Below are positions 1 through 14,114 of a DNA stretch of 64,000 nucleotides, piece after piece. Both the position numbers and the translations under genes were made by a program. The stretch comes from Callorhinchus milii. Its lineage: Eukaryota. The stretch lies in the NCBI RefSeq assembly GCF_018977255.1, contig NW_024704742.1, positions 90,274,001 to 90,338,000 on the forward strand, read 5' to 3'. The notes below the pieces were generated by a model, which saw nothing but the letters and a program-made list of their open reading frames with translations, did not search any database and was not told the origin of the DNA. Position 1 is the first letter of the stretch; every line of letters starts with the position of its first letter.

Positions 1-780
1 TCCAGGTGCCTCCTCATCTCTAATCCTTTAATTTGTTATTGGTTTATAACTTTGAAACATCTCAAAGTGGTTTGTGGGTAGTTGCTGTCATGTGTAACCA
101 AAACAACTTGCATTTATATAGTGCCCTCCATGTCAGGCAGCATCCCAGACCTAACGGCTATGCATTTGTCAGCAAGCACCTCCAACCCCTCCAAACCCCC
201 CACCCCCTCCCACACACACACACACACACACAAATAGACCTCACCACTCCACTTTGAAGAAGCTCAGCAGAATGACCTTTGGTCTCAGTGAGAAAATGTA
301 CCATATTGTGGAACACGGACAGAAGAATCATAGGTTCAATCTCTGAATCTTTCACTGCACCATTTCAACAACAAGTAACAAATGGAGCACAACAATCTTA
401 GCATCTCTGGGCCAAGAAGCAGAAAATAATATCTGCCACTCAATCAAATAATTTTTAAAATGTGTATAAGGATGGTGTCAGATTTAGTTGGATGACCCTA
501 ATGACCAAAGTCACTCAGCATCCACTCACATATGGAGAATGGCTACTTGAGGATTGAAGCTATTCGTGCAACATTACAGCCGTATGATTCAGCATCTGCA
601 GAGAACAGGAGAAGGGCAGACAATTCAATCTATCTCTTCACTCAAAAGGCTACTGGAAAATTAACCTGAGTGCTAATTTAGCTGTTTAAACATCAGGGAG
701 AAAATAAGATGCTAATAAATGTCAAAGGAATGATTGATGACTGCTTAAAGAGATAAAAAAAATTAAAGTTTATTACTGAA

Positions 781-990
781 TATAATAATAATCCTTGCAT
801 TTGATATAGTGCCTTATAATGGGGTCATGATGTCCAAAAGCGCTTCTCAGGATATATAGTACTTTAAATGGATTTCTGTGTATTTTGTTGGCAAAATGCA
901 GCAGCCAGCTTGCACACAATTATGTCCCACAAACAGCCTTGGAGTGAATGACCAATTTTATTTTATTTGAGGGGATTTTTGGCCAGGATG
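781..990 (-). mobile_element. 3' fragment of L2-tailed SINE
   Basis: taataatccttgcatttgatatag...tgtcccacaaacagcc is the reverse complement of the SINE 3' half seen in intact copies; no tRNA head. Confidence 0.8.
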
Positions 991-1674
991 GCCAAATTGT
1001 TGCTGTGAGCAGTAAATTCCCAAGCTAGAACGGTGATGACACTGTTTATGGGTCCATAGTGAATATCCAGTGTTAGCACATATTTAAAGACAAATCTCTT
1101 GCCAAGTCCCATAGGATGATTCCACCCAAGCCTCGTTTTATGGCTCATGTTCTAAGATTAGGCGACTGCTTCCTGAATGAAATCCAGCCTTATGCTAGTA
1201 ATCTGTCCATTGCAAAAGGTCACGTGTGTAATGGACTAGTATCTTTCCTGCTGTCAGCTATGCTGTACAGTGCCGGCTGCTGAAGGATCAGCCTCAGTCA
1301 CGTGGTCTCTCTGTGTGATCATTCTTCATTAGATAGTTACTTATACAGGGCTCCCACACAAATCGAGGCTCTGTACCTCTCCAGCTATCTCCACTGGGTG
1401 CTCTCAAACATTATTTTAGCAATTCTACTCTTATATTCTCTAGCATCTCTAAAGTGTAGGGCTCGCTACTGCTCAGAATCATATTACATCAGAGATCTCT
1501 ATCTCTCCATACAATGAATAGGATCAAAAATTTCTACACAAAAAGTTAACTCCAGGGGTTAAGATTCTCTTTTAAAGAGTATTTTGTGCATTAAATTGTA
1601 CCATTTCCTTTTCAATCAGCTGGGTGTTTGACACATACAGAAATTCAATACCATGCTAAAGAATCTCCAAACAA

Positions 1675-1910
1675 AACTACAACAATCAAAACAACTTGCA
1701 TTTATACAGCACCCTTCATGCGGGTAGTGCCTCAGAGAGCTTAACAGTGGTGGAGCCTGACACTGAGCTAGGGAGAGGGGGGAAGTGACCATAGGCATGA
1801 TTAAAAAGGAAGGTCATCAGTGCGATCTGAAGACAGTCAAGGAGGGGCAAAATGGAGGAATTGAAGCAGAGAGTTCAAGAGTTTCAGGGTTTAGTGGTTG
1901 AAAGAACAAT
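1675..1910 (-). mobile_element. L2 LINE 3'-end fragment
   Basis: acaacttgcatttatacagcaccctt tail plus purine-rich segment matching the reverse complement of the L2 3' end at 26.3-26.56 kb. Confidence 0.6.
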
Positions 1911-2603
1911 CCAGCCTTACGGTTGCTTCTTCAAGAACTATTCACACCCACCTCTCAGGTCCGCATAGTTTAGCATAACATCTGGTGGTGCATTTCCACA
2001 CTTAACACTCAAGGAGTTGACTATTAGTTTTTTTACATTCTTTCCTTCCCAGTTTGCTGCTATATGGCTCCCAGCTCACCTGCAAAATATACACTCAATT
2101 AACTGTAATTTCTGTGAATGCGCTTTGAGACATCCTTCTGACGTGAAAGGCGCTACATCAAATTCAAGCATCATTATTATTTTATCATTATGATTTTATT
2201 ATTTTTGTTTTTTTATAAACTTCCATGTATGTGCGGTTGAATTCTTCCAGCAGTGCACATGCCGGGAGTTGAGGAATGACATAAGCAGAATGATATGGGT
2301 AAGTAAGATTAAAAAATCTATTTACTTCCCTGGCCACAAAATTGAACCATCTTATTAGAAGTTGAACAGAAACAAGAACCTGGATGAACATACAAATATT
2401 GTCTGTGTCCAGTTTGGGCTCTCAACATGCTAAAAATGTGCATATTCCATAGATGATTTGTTCCATTGGAAAGCAACCACTGTCTCCATGTTTCACCTCC
2501 CTCTGCCCTCACACTATGCACTAATATACATAGTGCCCACTATCATCCACAACCAATCAATTTGTTGTGCTGTAATGAGGGAAATACTGCATTGAATTAA
2601 TAG

Positions 2604-2908
2604 TAATAATAATCCTTGCATTTGATATAGCGCTTTTCACATCGTCTAGACATCTCAAATACAGAATATTACTGTAAAGTGAATTGATTATATATTTGTG
2701 GGCAAAACGCAGCAGCCATTTGCACACAGCAGTGTCCCACAAACACTCGTGGATTGAAGTGACCAATTTATTATTGTTTTTTTTCTTGAGGGATTATTAT
2801 TTGGCGTGTAGAGTAAGGAAACTTGCCAAAGGTTTCGCCCTGCTGGGAATCAAACCCAGGTCTCTCGCTTGAGGGGTAAGTGCCCTGACCTCTGAGCTAC
2901 AGGACTCC
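2604..2908 (-). mobile_element. tRNA-derived SINE, short subfamily
   Basis: Head ggagtcctgtagctcag (rc at 2892-2908), shared body, (TAA)n tail. Confidence 0.92.
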
Positions 2909-3699
2909 ACAAAATTCCTGTTAGGCTGCAGGATTCATGCATTAAGCTGCAGGATTCAGCAGCTTTCTCTCATGCAGGTTTACAGTAGCTGTGGGTCCAC
3001 ACTAAACTAATAGTCAACTCCTTGAGTGTTAAGTGTGAAAAAGTACCATTTGTGCAGTAGCTGTGAGCGGGGCAGGAAGCACATACCACATCTAAAATGT
3101 GGGGGATTTAGTCATGTCCACATAAGTAGTCTACAGCCTCTCTGCTGTTGTTTTGTGCTTTACTCTTTACCTGCACATCATTCATTCATTTAAAATATAT
3201 ACTTTGCTGCTACTATGCAACAAACCATAATGCAGCTTTTTAATAATAATAATCCTTGCATGTGCCTTATCACATCTTCGAGAGGTCTCAAAGCACTTCA
3301 CAGATTATACTGTAAAGTGAATTGACTGTATATTTTATGAGTGAAAGTATTTAAAGAATAGTATTTAAGAAGTAAAATAATTCCGCAATAGTTAAACACT
3401 TTGTAATACAACAGAACTGCTAAACACTCAACAGAGGTGGCAAAAAATACATTATACTAAGTAAGGGTAAGTACATAACATTTCCAGTGATTATTCCTGA
3501 GGCTCGCCTTCAAAAACAAGTAGCTCAGGATCCTGCTGACATTCATAAAAGTCATCAGTGGGTGGTGCAATGTGCTTTAATCTCTGGGACATGGGCTTGA
3601 TTGTAGTAAAGATGAAGGAATTTCTGACAACTTTAAGCATCCATATGTAAAATAAAACTCGTGGAGGCAGTTCAACTGCACAAGGGTAGCTGGTAAATA

Positions 3700-4110
3700 A
3701 TAATAACAAGCCTTGCTTTTGATATAGCGCCTATCACATCAGAAAGACGTCTAAAAGTGCTTCATGGGATTTACTGTAAAATTTAGCGACTGCGTTGGTG
3801 AATGTGGCAGTCAATACACACAAAGAAATTACCCTCAAACAGATATGAAATGAATGAGCAATTTTATTTGGAGAATTGTTAGCCAGGACATTTTTCAAAT
3901 ATTGCCACGGGATCTTTAACGTACAACTGAACAGGCAGACAGAACCATGGTTTAGTATCTCATCCGAAGGATGACACCTCCAACAATACAGTGCACCTAC
4001 ACCTGGGGGTTTCAGCCTAGACTATTTGAGTTCAAAGTCCTGACTTGGGGCTCGAACCCACAATCTCTGATTCAGAGGTGACTTACTCTCTTCTTGACAC
4101 AACCAATGCT
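3700..4110 (-). mobile_element. Deu-domain SINE (SacSINE1/AmnSINE1-like)
   Basis: rc of ggaggtgtcatccttcggatgagatactaaacc (Deu-domain core) at about 3949-3981, tRNA-like head near 4050-4100, L2-type tail. Confidence 0.75.
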
Positions 4111-4924
4111 GAAATTTATATTGCAAAATTTCCTTAAGCAAAACATTTTCCTTTTCTACTTTTGTCACCCAGTATCCACATCAAACACACCATGTTTGCA
4201 AGGAATCTTTCTCAGTATTAGCTGCTTCCGAAAATTACATTCTCTCACTAGCACAGCAGATCCTCAACAATGTGATAAAGCTTTATATCAAACGCAAGGA
4301 TTATTATTAAAGATTCAGTACCCATCCCTTTGTTTCCTTCCACACCAGTGTCTTTAGCCCTAAACATCATTCCCAAGGTAGGGAAACAATTAATATGCTC
4401 ACATCTGCCAACCCAATTGTTAAACCAACAGCTTGCTTTGGGACGTCCTCTCGACGTCAAATGCAAGCATTATTATTGTAGTCTGTGTCTGCTGTTTCTG
4501 GTGAGCAGATCTGCACTGGTGAGATCAAGCAAAGACTGACTGACTGCTTTTCAAACATCTCTGATTTGTCTGAAAACAGGAACTTGACCTGCCTGAAGCT
4601 CACCACTTCAAACTCCCCCTCCCACTCTCACTGACCCCTCGGTCCTCAGCTGCCTACACAGCTCCAACCAAGCCCAACTCAAAACTTCAGAAGCAAGATT
4701 TTATCTTTTGCTTCAGAATCCTTCAGCTTTTTCAGCTGAAAATCAACTAAAACATTGTCAAACCTCTATTATTTTCCCTCCTTTCCCCCAGGCCTATTTT
4801 CCTTCCCACCCCCATTTATCAAACTCAGTTGCACTGGATTTTCAAATCATTCTCTTACGGTCTCATGTGCTTTTGGTTTTTCCTATGTCTTATAATTAAC
4901 TATTTTTCGCAATATGTAACACTC

Positions 4925-6210
4925 TCTCAGTTTGCAGCACTCTCAGCTCAGGGTGAGAAGGTTGTGGGTTCGAAGAGGAAAGTATTCAGGTGTGATTTGA
5001 AGATTAGCAAAGAGCGAGCAAGACAGAGGGACTGAGGCAAGGAGCTCCAGAGATTCAGGGCATAGTGACTGAAAGCACGGCTGCCAATTGTGGAGTGGAG
5101 GGGATGAGGGAACTGCAGCCTACCCATGCCAGTTTAGCGAAGGCAGTAGCTATAGGGGGGAAGTGAGCAGATTGGAGTGGTAACGAGATGCTAGGGTGTG
5201 AAAAGATTTGAAAGCGACAGCGAGGATCTTGAAATCGATCCATTCTGCCACAGGGAGCCAATGGAGCCTGTAAAGAGCTGGGGTGATGGGAGTGTGGAGC
5301 CTGGTACAGGTGAGGACATGGGTAGCAGTTTTCAATCAATTGAACATTGCTAATTATGGAGCTGGGAAGACCGGTGAGGAGTGCATTAGAAAAACATCAG
5401 AATGTCACGAAAGCATGAAGGAGAATTTCAGCAGCGTTGAAGTAAAGTAGGGGTGGGCGATGTGGAAGAGGTGGCGGAAGGCAGTCCTGGTCAGAGAGCA
5501 GAAGTGGGGTAGGAAGGGTAATTTGGGATCGAACCTGACGCCAAGATTCTGTAGAGGCTCAGTGATTCAGAGGGATAGGCAGAGAAGGTTAAGGAATTCA
5601 GAAGCACAGGTGAGGAGACATTGATGAGAACTAAGGAGGAAGGCTTCCATCTTGTCCATGTTCAACTGCAGAATGTTGGCACTCACCCAGGCCTTGATAT
5701 CAGACAAGCAGGCAGTCAGAACATCAGTGGCACTGGAGTCGCGACTAGAGGAGGAAAAATAGATTTGGGTATCATCTACATAGGTGTAGAAGTTGACCCC
5801 ATGTCAGCAGATGATATGAGAGGGAGAATGTAAATGAGAAAAAGAGTGGGCCAAGGATGGAAGACTGGGGTAAGAGGAAAAACTATTTGCATAGACAAAG
5901 TGATGGCACACGACGGGATTGGAATCACATAGTCTAAGCTGACACTACAATGCAGTGCTGGGGGGTGTTGTATTGTCAGAAGTGCTATCCTTCAGATGAG
6001 ACATTAAACCAATCTCCCATCTGCCTGTTCAGATGGATATTGAAGATCCCATGGCACTCTTTGAAAAGAGTTTGTGGGATATTACTGTGCATAACTGGCT
6101 GCCACATTTTGCCCACAAAATACAAGGTCAACTCACTTTACAGTATATGTGGTGAAGCGTTTTGACATCTCAACAAAGTGATAAGGCACTATATTAATTA
6201 TAAGGATTAT
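4925..6210 (+). mobile_element. Deu-domain SINE interrupted by an L2 fragment
   Basis: Head gcactctcagctcagggtgagaaggttgtgggttcga (about 4937-4973) resumes at about 5915 with ccttcagatgagacattaaacc...gatcccatggcact and tail ggattatt. Confidence 0.7.
4973..5910 (-). mobile_element. L2 LINE ORF2 3' fragment (degenerate)
   Basis: Minus-strand frames give HTPITPALYRLHWLPVAEWIDFKIL, typical of the L2 ORF2 C-terminus; similar to 25.5-26.4 kb. Confidence 0.85.
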
Positions 6211-6929
6211 TGTATATTCACATAGGGTCCACACATGAACGACAACCAGAAGCACTTGGTCAACTTGACTCTACAACAACAATAACAATAACCACATGTC
6301 TTCAATCATGCCAAATAGTTTAACACTACAGCAACTTTATTGAATAGTACTTTGTGTTGTTACAGTTTATTGAACATGAATTTTCACTGAATTGAGTTTA
6401 GGCTTTATTTGTTATTGTGTGACATAAACCAGTCTCAGCAGTCAGATTACAATGTGTTCAAATGCAAACCCTTGTTCGCTCTACTTTGTAGGGTTTTGGC
6501 TGTCAACTCGTGTTATACATCATTCCAGATGTTAACTTCAGCAAATTATTTTCATGACCAAACACTGACACTCAGAAGAACTAGTTTTCTTTGCATTGAA
6601 ATACTGAAAACATCAACAAATCATAACATATTTCTCACTCCACTTTCTTATACAATGCTGTACACTTCAAAAACTATTTGAAATAGTGGGCATTCGAAAA
6701 GTTTCAAGCATGAAAACCTGACAAAAAACATTTACTTTGGCAAATAACCATACTGTAGGTGGCCTAGATATCCTGGCTAGACTGGCCCAGTGGGTGTCTG
6801 CATGAACTCTCTCGATGATGCAGACATAGGGGGATGTGACAATGATTAATTAGGGAAAAATTAGCAAACAAAGCCCCCCGTGATAACACAAGGCACACTG
6901 TAAGAAAAGGAGGCCCCATCATTTAAGTA

Positions 6930-7090
6930 GGAACATAGGAAAAGAATATCAGGAGTAGGCCATTCAGCCCATCAAGCCTTTTCAGCCAGTTTGTTAGATC
7001 TTGGTCAATCTTTTAATTTCCAATACCCTGCCTTTTTGTCATATCCCTTGAGACACCTTCTACCCAAATTACCCACTCTGAAAATTCTGA
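6930..7090 (-). mobile_element. CR1 3'-end fragment
   Basis: ggagtaggccattcagcccatcaagcc is the rc of the CR1 3' UTR at 40030-40065. Confidence 0.7.
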
Positions 7091-7859
7091 TTTTGAGAGT
7101 GAACCCAGCATGATTCTTATTGCTATCATATTGATAAATAGTAACAAACTTGTAAACCCCAGGAACCGGAATCAAGTAATTAAATAATCGGTTGCAACTG
7201 ATATAAACAATAAATATCCAATATATTAATTATTTTCATTAATAATAATACATATATTTGATATAGCGCCTTTAACAACAGGAGGACATCTCAAAATGTT
7301 TCACAGAATTTACTGTAAATTGTAGTGACTCTATTTTGTAATATTGTGCTGCGTCCACCACAGCTCACATAGTTGATACAACAACAACTTGCACTTAAAA
7401 AGCGCAAGCAACTTAAGCAATAAAAGTTTGCAATAAAGTCCTGTTCTAGAATGCTCCAAACTTCCAGATCACATCAGGAACATCAGTCAGGCATTGGGTC
7501 ACAGTCACAACCCGCTAGCACTTTCTGACTGGCCCCATTGGAAAATGTAAGGTAATAATGAATATTTTTTCGCTAAAAATGTTCTATGTTTTAGATCAAA
7601 TATCTTGAAGGGTATGAAAAGGCCATGACCTTAGTATAACCTCCCACCAAAACAGTTACAGCTTGTGGATTTTATCTTCTCCCTTCCTAAAGGCCTTGTT
7701 ATTATTACTTGCACTTATTACTTCTGTAGGTTTACACTCCACTCACACCTTGCAGTTACTTTTCCAAGTGACCAATATTCACCAAGAGTGTTCACAGTGA
7801 GTGCCAGCAGGTTACTTGACCAGTTAGACAAAAAAGAAACCAATCCCAACCCTGTTCCC

Positions 7860-8010
7860 ACCTGAGGTGTGCACTTCCTTGTCTGCAGGACTGGCCATTA
7901 AATAGTGGTCAGAAGCAGGAAGCCTGGTGTTTTGTTCCCGAATCCAGGGTGTAAGGCTTGAGTGCCCTGACTGAGATCACTTTACTCCATACAACTATAG
8001 GTTTGATGTA
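7860..8010 (-). mobile_element. LF-SINE-like relic
   Basis: Resembles the rc of 19920-20070 (tagtggtcagaagcaggaagcc; ctgagatca). Confidence 0.5.
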
Positions 8011-8699
8011 TGTGGTTCAGCTGAAGCATAAGCAGACCCTACACGAGTCATTTATAACATCTCACTTCTCCAAGCCCCAACCCCCCACAAAATAAGCATC
8101 CTGTAAAAAAACTAGGGATATATTTTATGGTAGATTCACTTCAAATCTGTGTTGTATGTGTTAACAACAACAACTTGCATTTATATAGTGCTCCACACAC
8201 ATGGAAACATCCCAGAACTTTAAGCAAATCAATAAAAGCTAATGAGCCAAGTACCCAAGTTTTGCCTACACAATATTGTCACTACACTTTACAGTAAATC
8301 CTGTGAAACGCTCTGAGTCATTTTGATGATAAGATAAGGTGCGTATCAAAAGCAAGGATTATTTTTATTAATCATTATTATTAAACAGATTGTTCTTCAT
8401 CTACTTGAATTACCAAAAGTGCTAAAATGTAATCTTATATTAAAAAATTGAGAAAATTATTTTAAAGGTCTTGTGCATCAAAGTGAGATGAACAAATGTG
8501 ATCGTTCACTGTAAGTGTTGGTGTCCCCCCGACCTATAACTAACTGGAGCTCTTTTTTTTAAAACTCCTCACAATATTTTCTAACATTTGAAATAAGATT
8601 TTTTTCTTCTTTACCTAAAGTGGATCTATCTTACCCTCACAGCTATAAATAGCCATATTCAAGGTAAAATGCCACCATTTCAACAATCCAATCATAAGA

Positions 8700-9010
8700 T
8701 GACAGTAGTTGTCAGTTTCGTCTCTGAGTCAGAAGAATGTGGGTTCAAGCCTTAAGTCAGTAAGTTGAATTCACAATCCAATATACTGATTTAGTACATT
8801 AGTCTAAGTCTAGGTCAATACTCCAATGCAGTGCTGGGGACGTACTGCATTGTTCACTTCAAGAATGTTTATCGGTCATTGCTGTGTGTAAATTGGCTGT
8901 CATGTTTGCCTAAAAAATACACTTTACGATAAATCCTGTTAAGTGCTTTGCAATGTCGTCTCAATGTCAGAAGCTCTATATCAAATGCAAGAATTATTAT
9001 TTTATTATTA
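8700..9010 (+). mobile_element. Deu-domain SINE, internally deleted
   Basis: ctctgagtcagaagaatgtgggttcaagcc head, ctccaatgcagtgctgg motif, tatcaaatgcaagaattattatt tail. Confidence 0.65.
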
Positions 9011-10693
9011 TTCAGTTCTAAAATGCTATTCGAGGTACTTTTGAGAGCCTCAGTGTTAGTCAGGGAGGAGAAACGTGCATGCTTCCAAATCAAACTGAGC
9101 CAACATGGGGTGTGGGTGCCTGCAGAGTTCAAATCTACAATTCCACGATTCATGTTGAAGAAATCTGTTGTAAGTCAGGCCAAACCATTTTGGTGTCAAT
9201 TTTTTTTTAGAAATTTGAAACATATGAGTATCTGTAGCATGACTTTTCAGAACATTACTTTCAATCTCTATTATGCACTTACAACTTCAGCAGGTACTCT
9301 GAAAATAGACACAAGAACACAACCAATTCAGCACAATGGGAAGGAATGGCAATAAGCCCAAGAGGCGAGGATATTAATCATAACCAATTTATCATTAGAT
9401 GAACAATAGTTATTACAGATGGTGATAAGCTACGGGGAAAAAAATCACAACATTAAGACAGGTTAGAATTGTAATGAATAATAATATGATCTTTTCAGAT
9501 TGATCTTTCAATTACAATAAAATGACTGGTGAAAAGATGGATATTTTAGTAAGTATTCATTTCTCTGTAATGCTGCTGTTAACTTGAAACATTGGCTTAA
9601 TGCCAGCTCTAGGCTCAGATTTGGTTTTCACTGAGAGGTTAGGCAATTAGACTGGTCGCTCACTGCTGTGCTCTCTGGTGGGGCGTGAGGAGGAGGGTGT
9701 TTCCATTTGTTGCTTTGTCAACTCATATAATGACCAGCATTAACATCCAGAAAGAAAGACCAACACCCACTGTGGTTTATATCAATTATTCTGTTAAAAC
9801 AACTGTTACCAAGGAAAGTACGCAATCTGCTCAAATGCTGGCATAAAAACCAAGCTGAAAATGAAATCAATACATGTAAAGGATTATTATAATAATAATT
9901 ATTACTATTATTATAGTAGAGAGTTTTTTTTATTTGAAGCCACAAACTGGATTTTCACCTGAAAAACACAAAACCTGGTTAAATTACCAAGTCCAGTCAC
10001 TGGCTGAATGAAGACCAGTCTGATACTCAGGAATAAGGAACTATGTAGCTCATACAGTTAATGTTCAAGAAATAAAGTAATAGACTTGCTGCAGGTGCAT
10101 AGTGTCATTAATTTCGCATCTGATGATGCTAATGGCTAAAATGTTCAAGTTCAGAATTAAGTAAGTAAGATTTTATGAGTTATGTACAATGATTATTGTG
10201 TATTTACCAAGAGACACATTTACTGAAAGGTAGCCAAACTGAAAGCTTTTTACAGTGAATGGTTTGTAACCCTTGTCTTATGAGGGCACTAAGCAGTTTA
10301 CTAGAGGGCTCTTTCATTTATAAATGGTACTAGTGGAGGGTGGCCTCTGGACGAGCAATGACATGCTCCCAGGAAGACAGTAGCACAGCATTGCTCCATA
10401 AAAATACGCTATTACAAAAGTATGAGGGGGAGAAAGAAGCAAGACCAGACATCGGAGCTAACTGATTATACTTGAATCAGGACAGAATTTGTATTTCATC
10501 AGCAGCTTGAAGATAAACCAATGTTTTGCTTTGTCATTGATGGGAAAATAGATTTGGGCCACTGATTTTTGGCTCTGAGTTCAATGAGCTCAGCTCATTG
10601 GGGCTCAAATCAAGGATACAGCTAAAACCAAAAAGCCTCAGGGGTCAGAATTAACTGTGGAAGCTATTTTTGGTGTACGTAAAAAATAAAAAT

Positions 10694-11089
10694 TATAATC
10701 CTTGTATTAGATTTAGGGCCTTATCATTTAGTTGAAACATCTCAAAGCACTTCACAGAATATATTGTAAAGTGGATTAACTGTGTATTGAGTGGGTGAAA
10801 CACATCAGCCAAATGCGCACATCAGTGTCCCACAAACAGTCATGGATTGAGTGACAAAATGTATGTATGTGTGTGTTTGTTTGTTTATTTGTTTGTTTAG
10901 GAATGATTATTACCCCCCCCCCGGAAACCAATCCGCCAATTGACTAACAACCAGGTTCCTACTTACTGATAGGGAAACAGAGGCGTGTGGAATAAAGAAA
11001 CTTGCCTAAGATTTTGCTCTGCCTGGGAATCAAACCTGAGTCCTCTTGCTTGCGAGGCGAACATGCTAACCACTATGATACGGGACTCC
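10694..11089 (-). mobile_element. tRNA-derived SINE, long subfamily
   Basis: Diverged head/body/tail including the extra ~60-bp ...aacaaccaggttcctacttactg... block. Confidence 0.85.
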
Positions 11090-14000
11090 CAGGAAGACAG
11101 TAGCAAAAAATTGCTCCATAAAATGTGCTATCACAAAGACATGAGGAGGGGAAGGATAGTGTATGAGAGTACAGGATTTGGGGGCTTGGCTGTAGTGACC
11201 CGTATGATTAAATAGGCGGTGTTCAGTCTCTGTCAAGTCCATTATAACTAACATTTCTCTCAAGGATTAAAACCTCAACGTTGGTTTGGTAAAGGTTAAA
11301 ACTTGGGAATGGTGCAACATATTGATCCCCATAGTGATAAGGAAGCTGGCATAGACATGCTTCCTAATAATATCCTTATGTCTTCTCTTACAGGAGAATA
11401 ACAAAAAGAGATGGATCAGCACATTTTAAGAATTGTGGAAAACCAGCTTTGAATGGATGACAATTTTCTACTGTATATGTTTGCACAGATCTTACATTTT
11501 AAGACAAAATGGTTTCACAGGATCAGAGCTTAGAGGTCTATAGAGCTATTTGGCACAAATAGTCCATGCCAATATTTAAACTCCATGTGAGTCCCATCCC
11601 TTCCTATTCCCCTCTGCTATACCCCTCTATTCCCTTTTATCTCATCTACATAATGGTGGAATTGAAGATAATAACAACAACAAATGACATTTTGGCGTCC
11701 CAAGGTGCTCAACAATCAAGGATCTGCAGGCGAGCTGGTGGTTGGGATCAGGAGGGGCGGAGGGAGACCTACTTTGTCTAAAAATATAACACTGTAGAAT
11801 TATGGGGAATTCTCAAACTCAGTCTTAATTTAGAAACCAGTTTTCTGCAGTTCTTCTGAAACCAGATTCAAAATTAAGACTAGATTGAAGAACATTCAAA
11901 ATATAAGACAAAATGGTCTTACAACAATACATTGCATTCATGTAGCACCTTTCACATTGGAGGACATCCCAAAGCTAAAACGTGGTGGAATTTCAGGCTT
12001 TCTACATCCACACGTGCAGCTATGATATTGAAGGGCACTCACCACCTGTGAAGAAAATGGGACATTCTTCCTATGTAAAAGGTGCTATATAAAATAGAAA
12101 ATTTGTTTTATATTTTAACATAAAAGGGAAGGAAATTGTTAAACAAAAAAATCCTCAACATAAAAATATGAAACTTGGATTAGAAGAATAATTAGTCATA
12201 TTTCTCAGTCCCTTGCTGTTTCAGCCAAGGGAGGAAATCGGGCCAAGATATGTTGGAATATACATACAGAAAGCAAAAGATGAAAAGGGAATTTAGTGCA
12301 TTTAATAGATCATCACTCTATTTAAAATTCTCCAAGCTACAATAAAGTTGAAATATTGTCAGAGATTAGATTAGCTCCATTCCCACTAAAATAGCTTAAC
12401 ACAGTATATTCACCATTTTTCTCCAATGCAGACTTTCGTGTGCTTTTAAAACAATGTGATTTATAAATGAGGCAAGTCACTGTAGCACTTCACTTAGAAT
12501 ATTCAAAGCTTTGAACTATGCAAGTTTTAATGCTTCCCCTTTTCAACCAGTCTTCAGTGCTTGACAACGTCAGGTAACATTCATACCCTGGAAATGAACT
12601 AGCCAACAAACCCAGTGAACTTCAACTGACTGCGCGGGACTTTCATTGAACAGAGCATCATGATAAAATGCTAAATACTTTTTGACAGCCATTCATCATA
12701 TGTTTATGATAATGTACACAAAAAAGGCAAAATTTCATTTTTCTTACATTAGCGAAAAAATGTTCTACGGCTTGAATCACAACACATGTTTGTGAGATCT
12801 ACACTGTGTGGAAAGGTGCCTGTGGGTTGTGATAATGATGGATTCAGTTTAACAAAAGGGTCGGGGTAGTTCTGGGGCTTTCAGAAAATGTCAGTATCAA
12901 AGTATCATATCTTAACAGTAATGGGACTGAAACAACAACAACAACAACAAATTATATTTGAAAATAGCCTTTCACTCCGGGAGGATGTCCCAAAGCACTG
13001 TTACTATCAATGGTTCTAAACTGAAGGTGATGCATTTCAAGAGTTTAAACATTATGATCAGGCACTTCAAAAAAGAGGATCCTGAAATGTAATGGCAAAC
13101 AAGCACAAGCATAAATTTATGGTGAATATTAGAGAATGGAGAAGGAGTGACCTGAAGCAAAAGGATAATAACTTACTGATGTGTATTAAGAGGAAACTGG
13201 CAGCACACTCTCATCTGACTGCCCCTGAGAGTTCTAAAATCAGATTCAAAGACACCAGTCCTGACACTTCACCAATGAAGGAAAAGCAATATTTCAAAAT
13301 GGCCTTTGACTTTCAACCCTTCTGATAGTCCAGCAATAGCAAGAGCATCCAACTAGCCAAATAAATGGAGCTTATAAGGATACACTATGCAATGTTACTA
13401 TTTGCTGCCACTGAGAAGGCCCAAAATGATGAATGTAGAGTAAAATCAACAACAAGAATGGAAAGGGTTTGAATGATGAATAGAGAAAGAGCAAAGAGAT
13501 AGACAGAGCCTCGGGACCTCTTGGATTGATGTAAAACAGCTCAGCAAATGAACCATCAACTGAAGCGCAAATTTGAGAATGAGAATAATACAACAATTTG
13601 CATTTATGTAGCACCCTTCACGTGGGTTAACGTCCTGGCATGCTTTTAATAATAATGATAGTGAAAGAGAAAAAAAAAGATAGTCACTGGTTCAGAAGTG
13701 GATGGAGTCAGACCTTTTAGAAGACTTTGTAGATATCTAAAAAGTAATGACAAATGATCACTGGTGTTCAATAGCAGAGAACCAAAAGTGGGCAACACAA
13801 AGAAAACCAGCAGTGAAGTAGCCATGCCACAGCCATCATTGATTAAGCTTGATGTTCAACATGGTGGATAGTTTGAGAACTGACAGCAGCTTCCATAAGG
13901 ACTTACAGATGTAAGAACAATAGAACAGTAGCTTGGAGGACATGAGGTTATTGTGTTTCTTAAGAGTGGGATGAAAATAACTGCAGCAACTTTTGAAAGT

Positions 14001-14114
14001 AACTCATTGGGAAAAGCATACTTAGACATTTTTATCATACATTAAATGCAAGCTAGTATTCGTAAGCTGCACATTAGTCATTTGTAACCCAAAGGAAAAG
14101 TGCACTGAAAAGAC

